Shown here: positions 1 through 10,047 of the stretch, in pieces
Layout: each line of letters opens with the position of its first letter
Numbering within the stretch: position 1 is the first letter of the stretch
Source: Candidatus Micrarchaeota archaeon
GTDB lineage: Archaea; Micrarchaeota; Micrarchaeia; Anstonellales; JAGGTN01
Assembly: GCA_021163645.1 (NCBI GenBank)
Contig: JAGGTN010000017.1
Location: 1-39,428, forward strand
DNA: 39,428 bases
Reading direction: 5' to 3'
Notes under the pieces: model-generated
What the model saw: the letters and a program-made list of their open reading frames with translations, nothing else
What the model was told of the DNA's origin: nothing
Databases searched by the model: none
Position numbers and translations under genes: made by a program

Positions 1-620
1 ACCAGATTCTCAATGTAACTAGTGCCTCTCATCTTAAGTACTTCAAGAGCCCTAACTCTCTTCTCTCTCCTTTCAAGATTATACAGCATTATTAAACCAT
101 CAACTAAAAACTGTTCTGTTCCAAACCGAAGTTCATTCCTACCAAAGTATGGTAACTCATAAGTCATGATAGTAGTACAGTTTAATCCAGAAATAAGAGT
201 AATAAATTCCTGGATTGTCTGTCTATATTCTAAAGCATTATTAAACCCAAGACGCAGCACTGTTGCTGAATCGATAACGATCCTCTTTATCCCATCATTT
301 AAATTGCTCTCAATAAGATTAACGATCTCTGTTATACTAATCGATTTCGGTTTGACAATCTTTATTTTTGATTCTGATATCAACTTATCAATATCATTCC
401 AATCAAAAGTAGATTTCAAATTCTTTATCAATGAATCTTCTGATTCCACTAACGTTATGAACAATCCTGGCTCTCCATTCTCAGCTCCATAATACAAATA
501 CTGGAAACCCATCAACGTCTTGCCAGTTCCAGGCCCTCCACATAATGCAACCGTATGATTCGCAGGTATGCCACCATTTAACATCTTATCCAAACCCATT
601 ATCCCTGTCTTGATTTTCAT
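1..620 (-). CDS. KaiC/RAD55-family RecA-superfamily ATPase (runs off the window edge)
   Basis: Not in the ORF track. Manual translation: MKIKTGIMGLDKMLNGGIPANHTVALCGGPGTGKT (Walker A)...RIVIDS (Walker B)...RALEVLKMRG. GGTGA RBS upstream of ATG at 620. Confidence 0.9.
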   Translation of the reverse strand, partial: MKIKTGIMGLDKMLNGGIPANHTVALCGGPGTGKTLMGFQYLYYGAENGEPGLFITLVESEDSLIKNLKSTFDWNDIDKLISESKIKIVKPKSISITEIVNLIESNLNDGIKRIVIDSATVLRLGFNNALEYRQTIQEFITLISGLNCTTIMTYELPYFGRNELRFGTEQFLVDGLIMLYNLERREKRVRALEVLKMRGTSYIENL

Positions 621-727
621 TTATTTCACCTTATGCTAGTTATAATAGTGTTAAGCTTAAAAAAGATTACTATAACATAGCCTTGAATATCACAAAACAT
701 CAAAGATATAAACAGATAAAAAATCAA

Positions 728-1342
728 CTATTTATAAAGTGATGCGGCGATAGCGGCAAATCCAGACCAGATTGAACCAAATATCCCCGTGAACATCAAT
801 GAAAAGATATAGATTAAGAACATTATATAGAAGTAAGAGTTATAAGAACCTTCCTCAGCGATGTTTTGACCAATAAAAACAACTAATATAGCAAAAGCAA
901 TGGTCGCAGCAATCATCCCTCCCAACGCTCCTAATGCAAATGAGTGCCAAATAGGCCGTTTATATTTTGAGACTGTTCTCCATCCAAGGACCACACAAAG
1001 TATAAAAGCAACAAATGTTATCCAGAACGGAAATTGGAGAATAGGAACAGACGAATATAACATATCTGAGTAAAATAAATTAGCACTTAATCCGATTATA
1101 TATTTGATTGAAAGTGTAGAATATTCTTCTATAGTATAGTATTTGAGATTTACATAATCAACGATAAAAAAATATAAGACGAAAAATGAAAATGCAACCC
1201 CGATAGCTAATATCGGATATAATGGTTCAAGAAAAGATAAAAAACCTCTTTTAGTTTTGCTACTTTTTCTTTTCATCTTTTTACCACCTTTTTTTCTCAT
1301 CTTAATCCGCCTTATAAAATATCTATAAGTATTATCTCTCAA
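728..1342 (-). CDS. Multi-pass membrane protein, function unknown (true start probably the ATG near 1300)
   Basis: Basic N-terminus followed by about 4-5 hydrophobic helices. Confidence 0.7.
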   Translation of the reverse strand: MRDNTYRYFIRRIKMRKKGGKKMKRKSSKTKRGFLSFLEPLYPILAIGVAFSFFVLYFFIVDYVNLKYYTIEEYSTLSIKYIIGLSANLFYSDMLYSSVPILQFPFWITFVAFILCVVLGWRTVSKYKRPIWHSFALGALGGMIAATIAFAILVVFIGQNIAEEGSYNSYFYIMFLIYIFSLMFTGIFGSIWSGFAAIAASLYK

Positions 1343-1363
1343 AATTCAGAAAAATCAATTTCT

Positions 1364-1654
1364 TCATTTCTTACCCTCTTTATTATGTCCTTCATCAAGC
1401 ATCTTGTTAAGTCTTTCAAGCTGCATATCTATCGCTTTTACGCGAGCGTCTAATATCTCTTTAAGCTCATTCAATCTCTTCTTTGCCTCTTTCTTAGTTG
1501 ATTCTATAAGAAGCATACCATGAAATTGATATATCTTCCCTTTGGCCTTTTCAAGCTCTTCCATCGTATGTTTTATCTCATCTGCCTGAGCAATAGATTG
1601 CTGTTTCTGCATGTTTAATATCTGCTCCTGATAACGCAATTGGTCATGATCCAC
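1364..1654 (-). CDS. pfdB: Prefoldin beta subunit
   Basis: Coiled coil-beta hairpin (KIYQFHGMLLIE)-coiled coil; GTG start with GAGGTG RBS; usual position at the end of the exosome superoperon. Confidence 0.85.
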   Translation of the reverse strand: MDHDQLRYQEQILNMQKQQSIAQADEIKHTMEELEKAKGKIYQFHGMLLIESTKKEAKKRLNELKEILDARVKAIDMQLERLNKMLDEGHNKEGKK

Positions 1655-1673
1655 AAAAACACCTCTTTAACAT

Positions 1674-1931
1674 TTATTTCAATTCATCATTTAATCCATC
1701 CCATATCGATAATAAACGCGTTAAACTATTAAGAACCGCTCTCAAAACAACAGAATCCTTTGCAGTAATCACAATAACTACCTGATTCCCTTCTTTATTA
1801 AATTCAACTACTGCCCTACTAGTCTTAGATGCTTCTGGTAAAAGTAATTTATACAATTCATCTTGACCCACCTTATCCTTAGTATCTATCTTAAGGATAC
1901 ATTCATACTTAAATTCAACCACAAGCACCAC
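1674..1931 (-). CDS. pcc1: KEOPS complex subunit Pcc1
   Basis: LLPE...ITAKDSVVLRAVLNSLTRLL motif; superoperon context. Confidence 0.85.
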   Translation of the reverse strand: MVLVVEFKYECILKIDTKDKVGQDELYKLLLPEASKTSRAVVEFNKEGNQVVIVITAKDSVVLRAVLNSLTRLLSIWDGLNDELK

Positions 1932-1947
1932 TCATACATAAATATGT

Positions 1948-2088
1948 TTAATCTGTTGAAATCTCACGAGCTATTGGAGCACGTTTTTTGTATACTATTC
2001 TATACCCACAATACGGGCACCTTATAAACTTAGGATCAAGAACTTTTATCTCTTTACGGCATTTAGGATTCCCACAGATATACATCAT
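1948..2088 (-). CDS. rpoP: DNA-directed RNA polymerase subunit P (Rpo12), 46 aa
   Basis: Too short for the ORF track. [46 protein letters not shown]; Zn ribbon with [11 protein letters not shown]; lies between rpl37ae and pcc1. Confidence 0.93.
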   Translation of the reverse strand: MMYICGNPKCRKEIKVLDPKFIRCPYCGYRIVYKKRAPIAREISTD

Positions 2089-2114
2089 ACCACCCATTCA
2101 TTTTCTTTCATTAT

Positions 2115-2366
2115 TCATTCTTTATTAATACTTTCCTTATAAACAGCCATCTTCCGTGACATCTCTACACCAGCAGGCGTCCGATAACTATACATACCAC
2201 CAGAAAACATCGTTTTGCATGAATTACAAACCCACACTGACGCAGAAACCCTTTTAACAGATTTCTTTCCGCATCTCACACATACGTATCGTTCATTCTT
2301 GGAACTAATGAGTTTATTGTATCTTTTCCTTACCTTTGTGCCTCCGCGTATTTGTTTTGATACCAT
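2115..2366 (-). CDS. rpl37ae: 50S ribosomal protein L37Ae (eL43)
   Basis: CxxC..VKR....W.CxxC...F.GG.Y zinc finger; follows rrp42. Confidence 0.92.
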   Translation of the reverse strand: MVSKQIRGGTKVRKRYNKLISSKNERYVCVRCGKKSVKRVSASVWVCNSCKTMFSGGMYSYRTPAGVEMSRKMAVYKESINKE

Positions 2367-2426
2367 TTCATCACCATTATTCTCAGATACTTTTATTCTT
2401 TAACAATTATTCCATATTATGCATTA

Positions 2427-3233
2427 TTATGCTTTTAAAACTATGCTCTTAAGGTCTTTTGATTTTTCAAGCGCTTTGTTGATTATATATTCTATTTCTT
2501 CTGCTCTAAAACTACCTTCAAGACCTTTTTGAAGCGCGCATATATTTCCTTTTACGAATGATACTGTCATTCGCGCACTTGCATCTGTCTCTTCATTCTT
2601 ATCAGCATCAAGTAATATCTTACCATCTACCTTAGAAAACGTACTAGTAGTCACAACATCTTTATAATCCAGTGGTTTATCATACTCCCCCCATACTATC
2701 TCTCCATCTTCAATCTTGGGCAATCTTGTATCTGTTATTGCACCCATGGAAGCGAGAGCAGCAGCATCTATAAGATTACCATCATGGTCCAACACATATA
2801 TATCAAGAAACATAGTCAAAACTTTACCTTCTTCAACAAAAAATGAATCTATATCAATAATTTCACTTGCACGTATCCCCTTATCCACAACCCTAGCCAG
2901 CTCAATCGCATTCTCTCTCGGCGGCCCTGATTCAAATTCAGGAGACGCTACAGGTAAAAATTCGGCAGATGTAATGAATACGCCCTGTTTCGGCCTATCA
3001 GGATATGGGGCCCCAATAGTAAATTTAACAGATGCGAGCACCTGTGTTTTGCCAAGCCTAGCCATCGCAGAACCATCAGGACCAGCATTCAAAACCCCTT
3101 TCAATAATGTTATTGGGCGATATTCATCCAATCCACGGCCATCCTCTCTTTTTCCCGATTTTATCATATTATCAATAACATCCTTTTTTAATAAATCCAA
3201 TATTTCAGTCATCATCATCACCTCATTAATCAC
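2427..3233 (-). CDS. rrp42: Exosome complex component Rrp42
   Basis: REDGR...YRPI, GSAMARLGKTQV, FESGPPRENAIELARVVDKGIR, DHDGNLIDAA. Confidence 0.96.
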   Translation of the reverse strand: MINEVMMMTEILDLLKKDVIDNMIKSGKREDGRGLDEYRPITLLKGVLNAGPDGSAMARLGKTQVLASVKFTIGAPYPDRPKQGVFITSAEFLPVASPEFESGPPRENAIELARVVDKGIRASEIIDIDSFFVEEGKVLTMFLDIYVLDHDGNLIDAAALASMGAITDTRLPKIEDGEIVWGEYDKPLDYKDVVTTSTFSKVDGKILLDADKNEETDASARMTVSFVKGNICALQKGLEGSFRAEEIEYIINKALEKSKDLKSIVLKA

Positions 3234-3973
3234 AAATCAAGCACAACTGATTCAGTTGGCTTATTTTTATATCCTTCTTCCAGTGCTTCCTTTTGAATCT
3301 TATATAGGTATTCTGTTGAATCCATTCCCATTTTCAATAACTCTTTAAACTTATCGATAGGCAGATCTCCTTCCATCTGGAGTAATAATACGTCTTTATT
3401 TCGATGTGTAAATGCCATTGCTAAATCAGCATTTCCTTGAGAATCCTCTATATAATTAAGGTCTAATACTAGTGTGTCCTCAATAATGCCTCCAGCAACC
3501 GCTGATACCATGTCTTTCATTGGTATCCCTGCATCTGCAAGAGCAACAGAAGCCGCAGTAACAGCAGCACACCGTGTACCTCCATCTGATTGAAGCACAT
3601 CGATGAATATCTCAATCATAGTTCTTGGAAACTGCTCAGCTAAGATAACATTCTGGAACGTATCGCTCACTACCTTTGATATTTCAATACTCCTTCTCGA
3701 AGGTCCTGACCGGCCATGACCCTCCTTACCAGCAAAGGGCGCCATATTATATCTTGCCCTAACAACCGCCTTATGAGGATCAGCTATATGTTTTGGTAAA
3801 CATTCTTTGGGACCATATACTCCAACAAGAATCTTATTATTGCCCCATTTTATGTATGCAGAACCATCTGCTTCGTTTATCACATGAGCCTTTATACTAA
3901 TCTGTCTAAGATCATCAAATGCTCTGCCATCTACTCGTTTACCATTCTTTATTAATGGTCCTTCATAATCCAT
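3230..3973 (-). CDS. rrp41: Exosome complex exonuclease Rrp41
   Basis: RVDGR, ADGSAYI, RYNMAPF, PSRRSIEIS, QSDGGTR: RNase PH motifs. Confidence 0.96.
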   Translation of the reverse strand: MDYEGPLIKNGKRVDGRAFDDLRQISIKAHVINEADGSAYIKWGNNKILVGVYGPKECLPKHIADPHKAVVRARYNMAPFAGKEGHGRSGPSRRSIEISKVVSDTFQNVILAEQFPRTMIEIFIDVLQSDGGTRCAAVTAASVALADAGIPMKDMVSAVAGGIIEDTLVLDLNYIEDSQGNADLAMAFTHRNKDVLLLQMEGDLPIDKFKELLKMGMDSTEYLYKIQKEALEEGYKNKPTESVVLDL

Positions 3974-4033
3974 CTATATCACCTCAATATCATAAAATCT
4001 TTCTCATTATCCTGTCTTCCAACTCAATCATGT

Positions 4034-4636
4034 TCAATTGACTTTCTTCTTATTAAGATATTGTTCCATACGATTGGTTAAACCAGGAATATGCGCTTCC
4101 TTCACAACCTTACCTATGCTTTCTACAGCAAGCTCAACATTGCCATGAAAGCTTATCCAAACAAGTCCATTATTCCCAACTACAATATCACATCCTGTCT
4201 TATCCTTGATAAGTGAAATCATTGAATTATTCCTACCTAAAATTCTTGGAACCTTAACAGGGGGTACCTTAATAACGATTCCTTTACGCAATCTCCTAAC
4301 ATCATCTATTGTTATATTCTTAACCTCATCCACATGAGATATCTTAGCAGTAATAATATCATTATAATCCAGATCAAATCTTATGCCTCTAGAAGATATA
4401 CTTACATCATATGGCATGTTCACAAATATATTATACCCTGAAAATCTAACATCTGATACCACTCCGATAATAAGATCACCTGGTTTAGGATCATATGGTC
4501 CTTTAAGCGGAATCAATCTCTTTCTTTTTATTCCTAATACTGTTGTGTATGTTTTACCATTTTCTATATATCCATAAGGCATCTGAACTGGTTTATCATA
4601 TAAAACATCACCTGGTAATTTTATCTCATCATTCAT
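4034..4636 (-). CDS. rrp4: Exosome RNA-binding protein Rrp4 (S1+KH)
   Basis: IPLKGPYDPKPGDLIIGVV, KVPRILGRNNSMI, VGNNGLVW, EAHIPGLT. Confidence 0.93.
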   Translation of the reverse strand: MNDEIKLPGDVLYDKPVQMPYGYIENGKTYTTVLGIKRKRLIPLKGPYDPKPGDLIIGVVSDVRFSGYNIFVNMPYDVSISSRGIRFDLDYNDIITAKISHVDEVKNITIDDVRRLRKGIVIKVPPVKVPRILGRNNSMISLIKDKTGCDIVVGNNGLVWISFHGNVELAVESIGKVVKEAHIPGLTNRMEQYLNKKKVN

Positions 4637-4675
4637 CGTACCACCTCAAATATTAAGCTTATTAAGCATTTATAC

Positions 4676-5368
4676 TCATTCAATGATTTTCGTCTCAACA
4701 CTACCATGCGTCATCTTATTGATTCTATCATAGAATTCTAACTGCAACCCAGCAGGCATCTCAACAACTGCTATAAGAGAACCAGTATTTGTCCACTCTT
4801 CTTTCTTTATACCATACTCTTTTAAAATACCATACACACGAGTCGCTTGCTCAGCAGGAACCTTAACAGCAATCTTAACCTTTTCAAAATGGATTGGGAG
4901 AACTGGTCTTAATGCGTTAACAACATCCTTAACCTGAATCTCTGGTTGCTTAAAAGGATCAATATGAATCTTCACCTTCTCCAACGCATTCAACAATCTT
5001 ACCTCTGGAATTGGTGCTTTTGTCCGTGGGTCAATCGCCTCACGCAAGATGATTGATATTATCTTTTTCTTCTTCTCTTCAATGAGTTTTTTACGCATGT
5101 CAGTAGTTAATGGTATCTCCCCATGTTTTATTATTTCATCTGCTATCCTATAAGGATCTGTTGTACCAAAAACAGACCTTAACACTTTTTCATCATATCT
5201 AATGCCTTTACGTGCATCCTTAAATATTTCATCTGTTATAAGTATCTTTGATATCCCTGGTATTTTACCTTCCTTGTAATCATACACAAGACTCTTATCA
5301 ACATAAATCTCAAATCTATACCCTCCTTTATCATAATGAATCAACAATGCTTTATCTAACGAAGACAT
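4676..5368 (-). CDS. sdo1: Ribosome maturation protein SBDS/Sdo1
   Basis: RFEI, IFKDARKG, FGTTD, IDPRTKAP, HIDPFK, VVEMPAG. Confidence 0.95.
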   Translation of the reverse strand: MSSLDKALLIHYDKGGYRFEIYVDKSLVYDYKEGKIPGISKILITDEIFKDARKGIRYDEKVLRSVFGTTDPYRIADEIIKHGEIPLTTDMRKKLIEEKKKKIISIILREAIDPRTKAPIPEVRLLNALEKVKIHIDPFKQPEIQVKDVVNALRPVLPIHFEKVKIAVKVPAEQATRVYGILKEYGIKKEEWTNTGSLIAVVEMPAGLQLEFYDRINKMTHGSVETKIIE

Positions 5369-5647
5369 ATCCTCACCTTACTATTTCCTATGCGTTATGT
5401 CTTACTACTTTAGCAGACGATTGAATCAAATAAAAATAAATAAACAATTAATTAACAAGGTATTTATTTATTTGCTCATGATTATTTGACGATTATCGTT
5501 TGTAGGTATTTTCTATTTTGTTTGTTAATCCCTCTTGCTTGTCTTTGTTATTTTTACAATTTTGCTCTTTTTGTTTATCTATTTCCTCTTTCTTTTTCGC
5601 TTGCTAAACCTTAATTTACTTGCTTTTTTTAATCTGTTAATTTAATC

Positions 5648-5685
5648 TGCTCTTTTGCTCATTTCATGCTCTTTTGCTCATTTCA
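5648..5685. repeat. Perfect 19-bp tandem duplication TGCTCTTTTGCTCATTTCA x2, spanning the psmA stop codon
   Basis: 5648-5666 is identical to 5667-5685. Confidence 0.85.
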
Positions 5686-6385
5686 GATACTTCTTTATTT
5701 CCGATTCTGTTAACACCTTAAACTTCTTTTTCTTCATAGTAGCATAAGCTATTTCTATATTAGACATTGTAAGTTTACTATCTTCTGATTTCTCCAATGC
5801 CTTAATAGATAATCTAATCAAATCATCAATACTCATAGTTTCCTTATAACTCTTGTTGAATATCTCCTCAACAATCTTCCTGCCAGAACCTATCGCACTC
5901 GCATGATACCCTAAAAGTGCTCCGCTGGGTTCTGCTTCAAATAATCTTGGTCTATCATCTATCCCACCAATCAATAATGATACCCCAAAGGGCCTAGCTC
6001 CACCATACTGGGTATATAACTGCATGACATCACACACATTTCTAGCGATCGTTTCAACATAAGGAGATTCATTATACATAACTTTATATTGTCGGACTTC
6101 ATCTCTTGCCATATCTATCAATCGTCTCGCGTCTGCAACGAGACCGCTGGCTGTGGTCGCTATATGCTCATCCACGATAAATATCTTTCTCAACGATTCT
6201 GGAATAAGCAATTTTGATTGAATATTCTTGTATGCCACAAGAACAACACCCTCTCTTGATGTCGCGCCAATCGTTGTAGCGCCCAACTTAACTGCCTCTT
6301 TAGCATATTCTACCTGAAATAATCTCCCATCTGGGCTAAACACTGTTATCGCCCTATCATAAGCCTGTGGAGAAACTGGATACAT
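5678..6385 (-). CDS. psmA: Proteasome subunit alpha
   Basis: YDRAITVFSPDGRLFQVEYA signature, RPFGVSLL. Confidence 0.98.
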   Translation of the reverse strand: MYPVSPQAYDRAITVFSPDGRLFQVEYAKEAVKLGATTIGATSREGVVLVAYKNIQSKLLIPESLRKIFIVDEHIATTASGLVADARRLIDMARDEVRQYKVMYNESPYVETIARNVCDVMQLYTQYGGARPFGVSLLIGGIDDRPRLFEAEPSGALLGYHASAIGSGRKIVEEIFNKSYKETMSIDDLIRLSIKALEKSEDSKLTMSNIEIAYATMKKKKFKVLTESEIKKYLK

Positions 6386-6521
6386 TATATCACCTCTTAT
6401 CTTTCCATATTATATTTCCATAACACAAATAAAATGCAGCCTATTGATACCTCAAATGTTTATTATGTTTTAATATGTAATGTTTATAAATATTTGCAAC
6501 TTATTCAATTGCCTGGTTTGC

Positions 6522-8306
6522 TCATCTGGCTCCGCCTCCTCCACCTCCGCCTCCTCCTCCGGTCCCGCCAAATGAGCCAGAAGAATAACCATAACCAGAA
6601 CTAGTAGGTGGGGCATAATGAGGAGTTACACTACTCGATAATGAACTCAGTATAACAGGATATGAATAAGCAGGATAAAACTTACTACTGGCTATCTCCT
6701 TCTTTGGCACTATTGTTTTCATAGCTTTGATTGTCTCTTTAGCAACACCAAAAGCGACAGCATACGTCATATAATAGTCCCATAATTTAACTGTTTGAGG
6801 AGGATGGTCACGAAGCAGTGAGAAATCACTTAAATATTTTTTATAATTAGTAAACTTCAGGTTCAATAATCTACCTTCCTTTGTCCATCTTGAAAACATC
6901 ATCTTCTTAGACATACCTACAAATAACAGTATAAATATCAGGAAAAATACTATCCCGAATGCTGTCATTAATACATCCAAAAATATTGCAGTTAATTCGT
7001 TCATAAATACACCTATGACTATCATAGCAATTAATGAAAAGAATAGAAAAGAACTCATCACACTCTTAAACAAAACATAACCTGTTTCATCTATATACTT
7101 ATTAACATTAGATTTGATTCCTGATTGCCATTTGTCAAACCAATCATAGAAAGACTTATTCTTAGATAGGTTTTTTATTACAGACATGGCAATCTTCCCA
7201 GAACTATCTATGTTTCCTTTCATCCAATAATAAACAGACAACTCGTGCGGTTTTAGATTGACTGGTTCCTTTCTTTTATTCAAAACAAATACAATATCTT
7301 CCTTCATTTTTCGTGTGTGCTGGATATCAAGATAACCCTTGTAAACTAATGAGAGTATAGTCGCTGACAACCCGCGTTCTATATGTTTGAACTCCCCACC
7401 TTCAACAAACATAATGGCTTCAGCAGGGGTGAACCCTTCGACTGGCTCTCTTTCATATATGCCATGATAACCTACTTCTATCCCAGAATACTCCCTGCCG
7501 TACTTCTTAAATAGATACACAAATATAACAAAAGGCGATACAAGGATTATAATCGCCAAGAACGATGTAAGATAACTGAGTTTTTTATAAAATAAGACCT
7601 TATTATACTCTTCCTGCTCGATTCTTATAATATCCTCTTTTGTATATTTATAATCATGGAAATAGTATCCATTATTATCAAACCAATCGTTTGGCATCAA
7701 AAGGTTTATCTCAAGATACGTATTTGTTGGTTGGTTGGTTGATAGAATTATCCTATCTGATTCGTTTTTTATTCTGATATCAATATCCCATGGATGAACA
7801 AAGTAAGCAGTATCTCTCACATAACCAGGAAGGATAATCACGACCGTAAGATTAGTAGGCTTATCCCATTCGTCACCCCATAATTTGTAATAGAATTGAG
7901 CTGTGTCATTATGAATTGCTATATAATATGTATCATATTCAAAATGAGCAGTGACAACCGAATGGCAGTTATGATCATTCAGCTCTAAAACAAGCTCCTG
8001 ATCCCCTGAATATGATTCTTCGGGTGTATCATACCTGAAATCACACGAAGCACCTTTACAGTAACCTGTCGGATTTAATATCCTCATATCCACAGGTTTC
8101 TGAAGGTATAATTCATGGAAATAGTCATCGTAATAATGCTCATCACAATCATATAGATCATAGGTAATCTCTTCTGTCACATGAATGGAACCATTTGTGT
8201 TGAGTAGGTATTCTAGATGCGCACTAGGTATACTGTAATCCTTAGAATACGTAAACGCAGTCATCAAGATTATTAACGTGAGAAGAACATCTAATTTGAA
8301 TGACAA
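6522..8306 (-). CDS. DUF2207-family membrane protein
   Basis: Signal peptide, NGSIHVTEEITY, YYKLWG, TM segments, WDYYMTYAVAFGV, Gly-rich GGGGGAR tail. Confidence 0.85.
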   Translation of the reverse strand: MSFKLDVLLTLIILMTAFTYSKDYSIPSAHLEYLLNTNGSIHVTEEITYDLYDCDEHYYDDYFHELYLQKPVDMRILNPTGYCKGASCDFRYDTPEESYSGDQELVLELNDHNCHSVVTAHFEYDTYYIAIHNDTAQFYYKLWGDEWDKPTNLTVVIILPGYVRDTAYFVHPWDIDIRIKNESDRIILSTNQPTNTYLEINLLMPNDWFDNNGYYFHDYKYTKEDIIRIEQEEYNKVLFYKKLSYLTSFLAIIILVSPFVIFVYLFKKYGREYSGIEVGYHGIYEREPVEGFTPAEAIMFVEGGEFKHIERGLSATILSLVYKGYLDIQHTRKMKEDIVFVLNKRKEPVNLKPHELSVYYWMKGNIDSSGKIAMSVIKNLSKNKSFYDWFDKWQSGIKSNVNKYIDETGYVLFKSVMSSFLFFSLIAMIVIGVFMNELTAIFLDVLMTAFGIVFFLIFILLFVGMSKKMMFSRWTKEGRLLNLKFTNYKKYLSDFSLLRDHPPQTVKLWDYYMTYAVAFGVAKETIKAMKTIVPKKEIASSKFYPAYSYPVILSSLSSSVTPHYAPPTSSGYGYSSGSFGGTGGGGGGGGGGAR

Positions 8307-8340
8307 AATAACACCACCACCTTTAACTTTCGGTTTATCT

Positions 8341-8443
8341 GATTTTACTTGAAATATTTTGCCTGAATTTTTACTTAATTTTTACCTGAATTTTTACTTA
8401 ATTTTTTTACTTGGAACTTTTTACTTAACTTTTACTTGAAACT
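8341..8443. repeat. Degenerate ~11-13-bp tandem repeat (TTTTTACTTAA / TTTTTACCTGAA), about 8 units
   Basis: Visible periodic TTTT(T)AC(T/C)T(G)AA units upstream of the DUF2207 gene. Confidence 0.7.
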
Positions 8444-8596
8444 GTCCAAAAGATGCATTACTTGGCAGACTCCAAAAATCATCGATTACTATTCTGATGA
8501 ACTTACCTAAGATCTCACAAGTTGCACCTCCCATAGTTACGTTATATCTAATACTATTTTAAATAGTATCGCTACCTAGTAACAATTTTATATTTT

Positions 8597-9214
8597 ATGG
8601 TTCAAATTATATTTATGACAACGTTCATGTTTGAGATGATGGGGGCTGTTTATAATAAATCTGACCTTTTCGGTATAACCAAGGAAACGTTAAAAGAATG
8701 CAGACATAACATTGATGATAAACTCCTGAAAAAGACGTATGACGAATTCGTAAATGGGAACATTGATGAAAACTATTTTTGGAAAAAATTAAGTATGGAC
8801 AATTATATGATGCCACGTAAATTGATTTTAGAAAAGATTGAAAACTCATTGAATAATGATTTTCTTGAAGTACTCCCTTCTCTTTCAGGAAATCGAATAG
8901 TAATTAAAGGAGATATTCCTCAAGAATGGGGAGAACATATCCTAGAATCTACAACAGTATCCTCGATGATACAATCGTATGTATTCTCAGGTAGTCTTGG
9001 CAAGAATGTTAATGATTCTGAATTCATCAAAACATTAATAAACAAGCTAGGTAGTTTGATATGCATCGAAACAAACAAAGAAAATTATATAAAATTAAGA
9101 GATGCAGGGGCAGATGTGATATTACTAGTAAGGGAACCAACTACGATTGATGGGTTAAATCCAGAGATAACAATAAGCAACCTTAGGCAGATAGAAGAGA
9201 TTTTTAGGACATAG
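8597..9214 (+). CDS. HAD-superfamily-like protein, catalytic motifs degenerate
   Basis: FMFEMMGAV at motif I position, cap YDEFVNGNIDENYFWKKL, VFSGSLG, LICIET at motif IV, tail PEITISNLRQI. Confidence 0.6.
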   Translation: MVQIIFMTTFMFEMMGAVYNKSDLFGITKETLKECRHNIDDKLLKKTYDEFVNGNIDENYFWKKLSMDNYMMPRKLILEKIENSLNNDFLEVLPSLSGNRIVIKGDIPQEWGEHILESTTVSSMIQSYVFSGSLGKNVNDSEFIKTLINKLGSLICIETNKENYIKLRDAGADVILLVREPTTIDGLNPEITISNLRQIEEIFRT

Positions 9215-9252
9215 GAGATAAATAGGTTATTAATACGAAAGCGGGTGGAAAT

Positions 9253-9918
9253 ATGGAAGATGAGGAGAATGATAAGGATAAGCAAGAAACCATAGATAAA
9301 TATGAATATGATTCTGTAATCATCATGAATCTTGAGGTCATTAACAAACAAGAACCATCAAAAATGATAAAACAAATACTGACTAATTTTGGAGAGATAA
9401 TTAACTTTGACATGACAGATATATATAAAGATTTTATCAAGGGCAGGATAAATGAAACACGATTCTGGAGGCTGTTGGATATTAAGAATTATTCCAATAT
9501 TAAGGAATTCATAATAAGAGAACTTGATGACCAATTAGAAAATAAATATAATATATTAACTGAATTGACGCGAATTTTTAAGATAAACATAATCCATGAA
9601 TTTCCAAAAGAATGGTTTGATGAGATATCAGAAAAAAATAATATTACTGGTATATCATTAAAGGATATCAACGAAGAGCCTTACTCAAAAGGATTCTATA
9701 ATCAAATCATAGAAAATATAAGAACCAATACAGGAATAGAAGATAAGATATTATTAATAGACAATGATATCTCGCGTATGAAAAACACTGATAGTCTTAA
9801 AATAAAAACATGTTTGATCCTCAACAAGCCGCTCGTAAAACCTGATTGGTATCCAAACATACTGGCCCCTGATTTTTCAAGCCTTACCAATATTAAAAAA
9901 GCCATTCAATATTTTTAA
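9253..9918 (+). CDS. HAD-superfamily-like protein, paralog of the upstream gene, degenerate motif I
   Basis: YKDFIKGRINETRFWRLL, EFPKEW, ILLIDND, PNILAPDFSSL. Confidence 0.6.
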   Translation: MEDEENDKDKQETIDKYEYDSVIIMNLEVINKQEPSKMIKQILTNFGEIINFDMTDIYKDFIKGRINETRFWRLLDIKNYSNIKEFIIRELDDQLENKYNILTELTRIFKINIIHEFPKEWFDEISEKNNITGISLKDINEEPYSKGFYNQIIENIRTNTGIEDKILLIDNDISRMKNTDSLKIKTCLILNKPLVKPDWYPNILAPDFSSLTNIKKAIQYF

Positions 9919-10047
9919 ATTTTTATCATTTCTATTGTTTGTTGGCTTTTCTGTTAAGTTTGATATAAATAAGATATAACACAGGAAACTTACAAAAAGA
10001 AAATTTTACAAAGAAAAACTTTACAAAATAAAAAAAGAGATGTCAAT

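Noticed and set aside
166-3348. Plus-strand ORFs 166-492, 2215-2403, 2716-3348 and similar antisense ORFs elsewhere in the window
   Set aside because: Shadow frames opposite well-supported genes.
5400-5645. ncRNA in the psmA-sbds gap
   Set aside because: Very AT-rich low-complexity sequence with no stable stems or known motifs.
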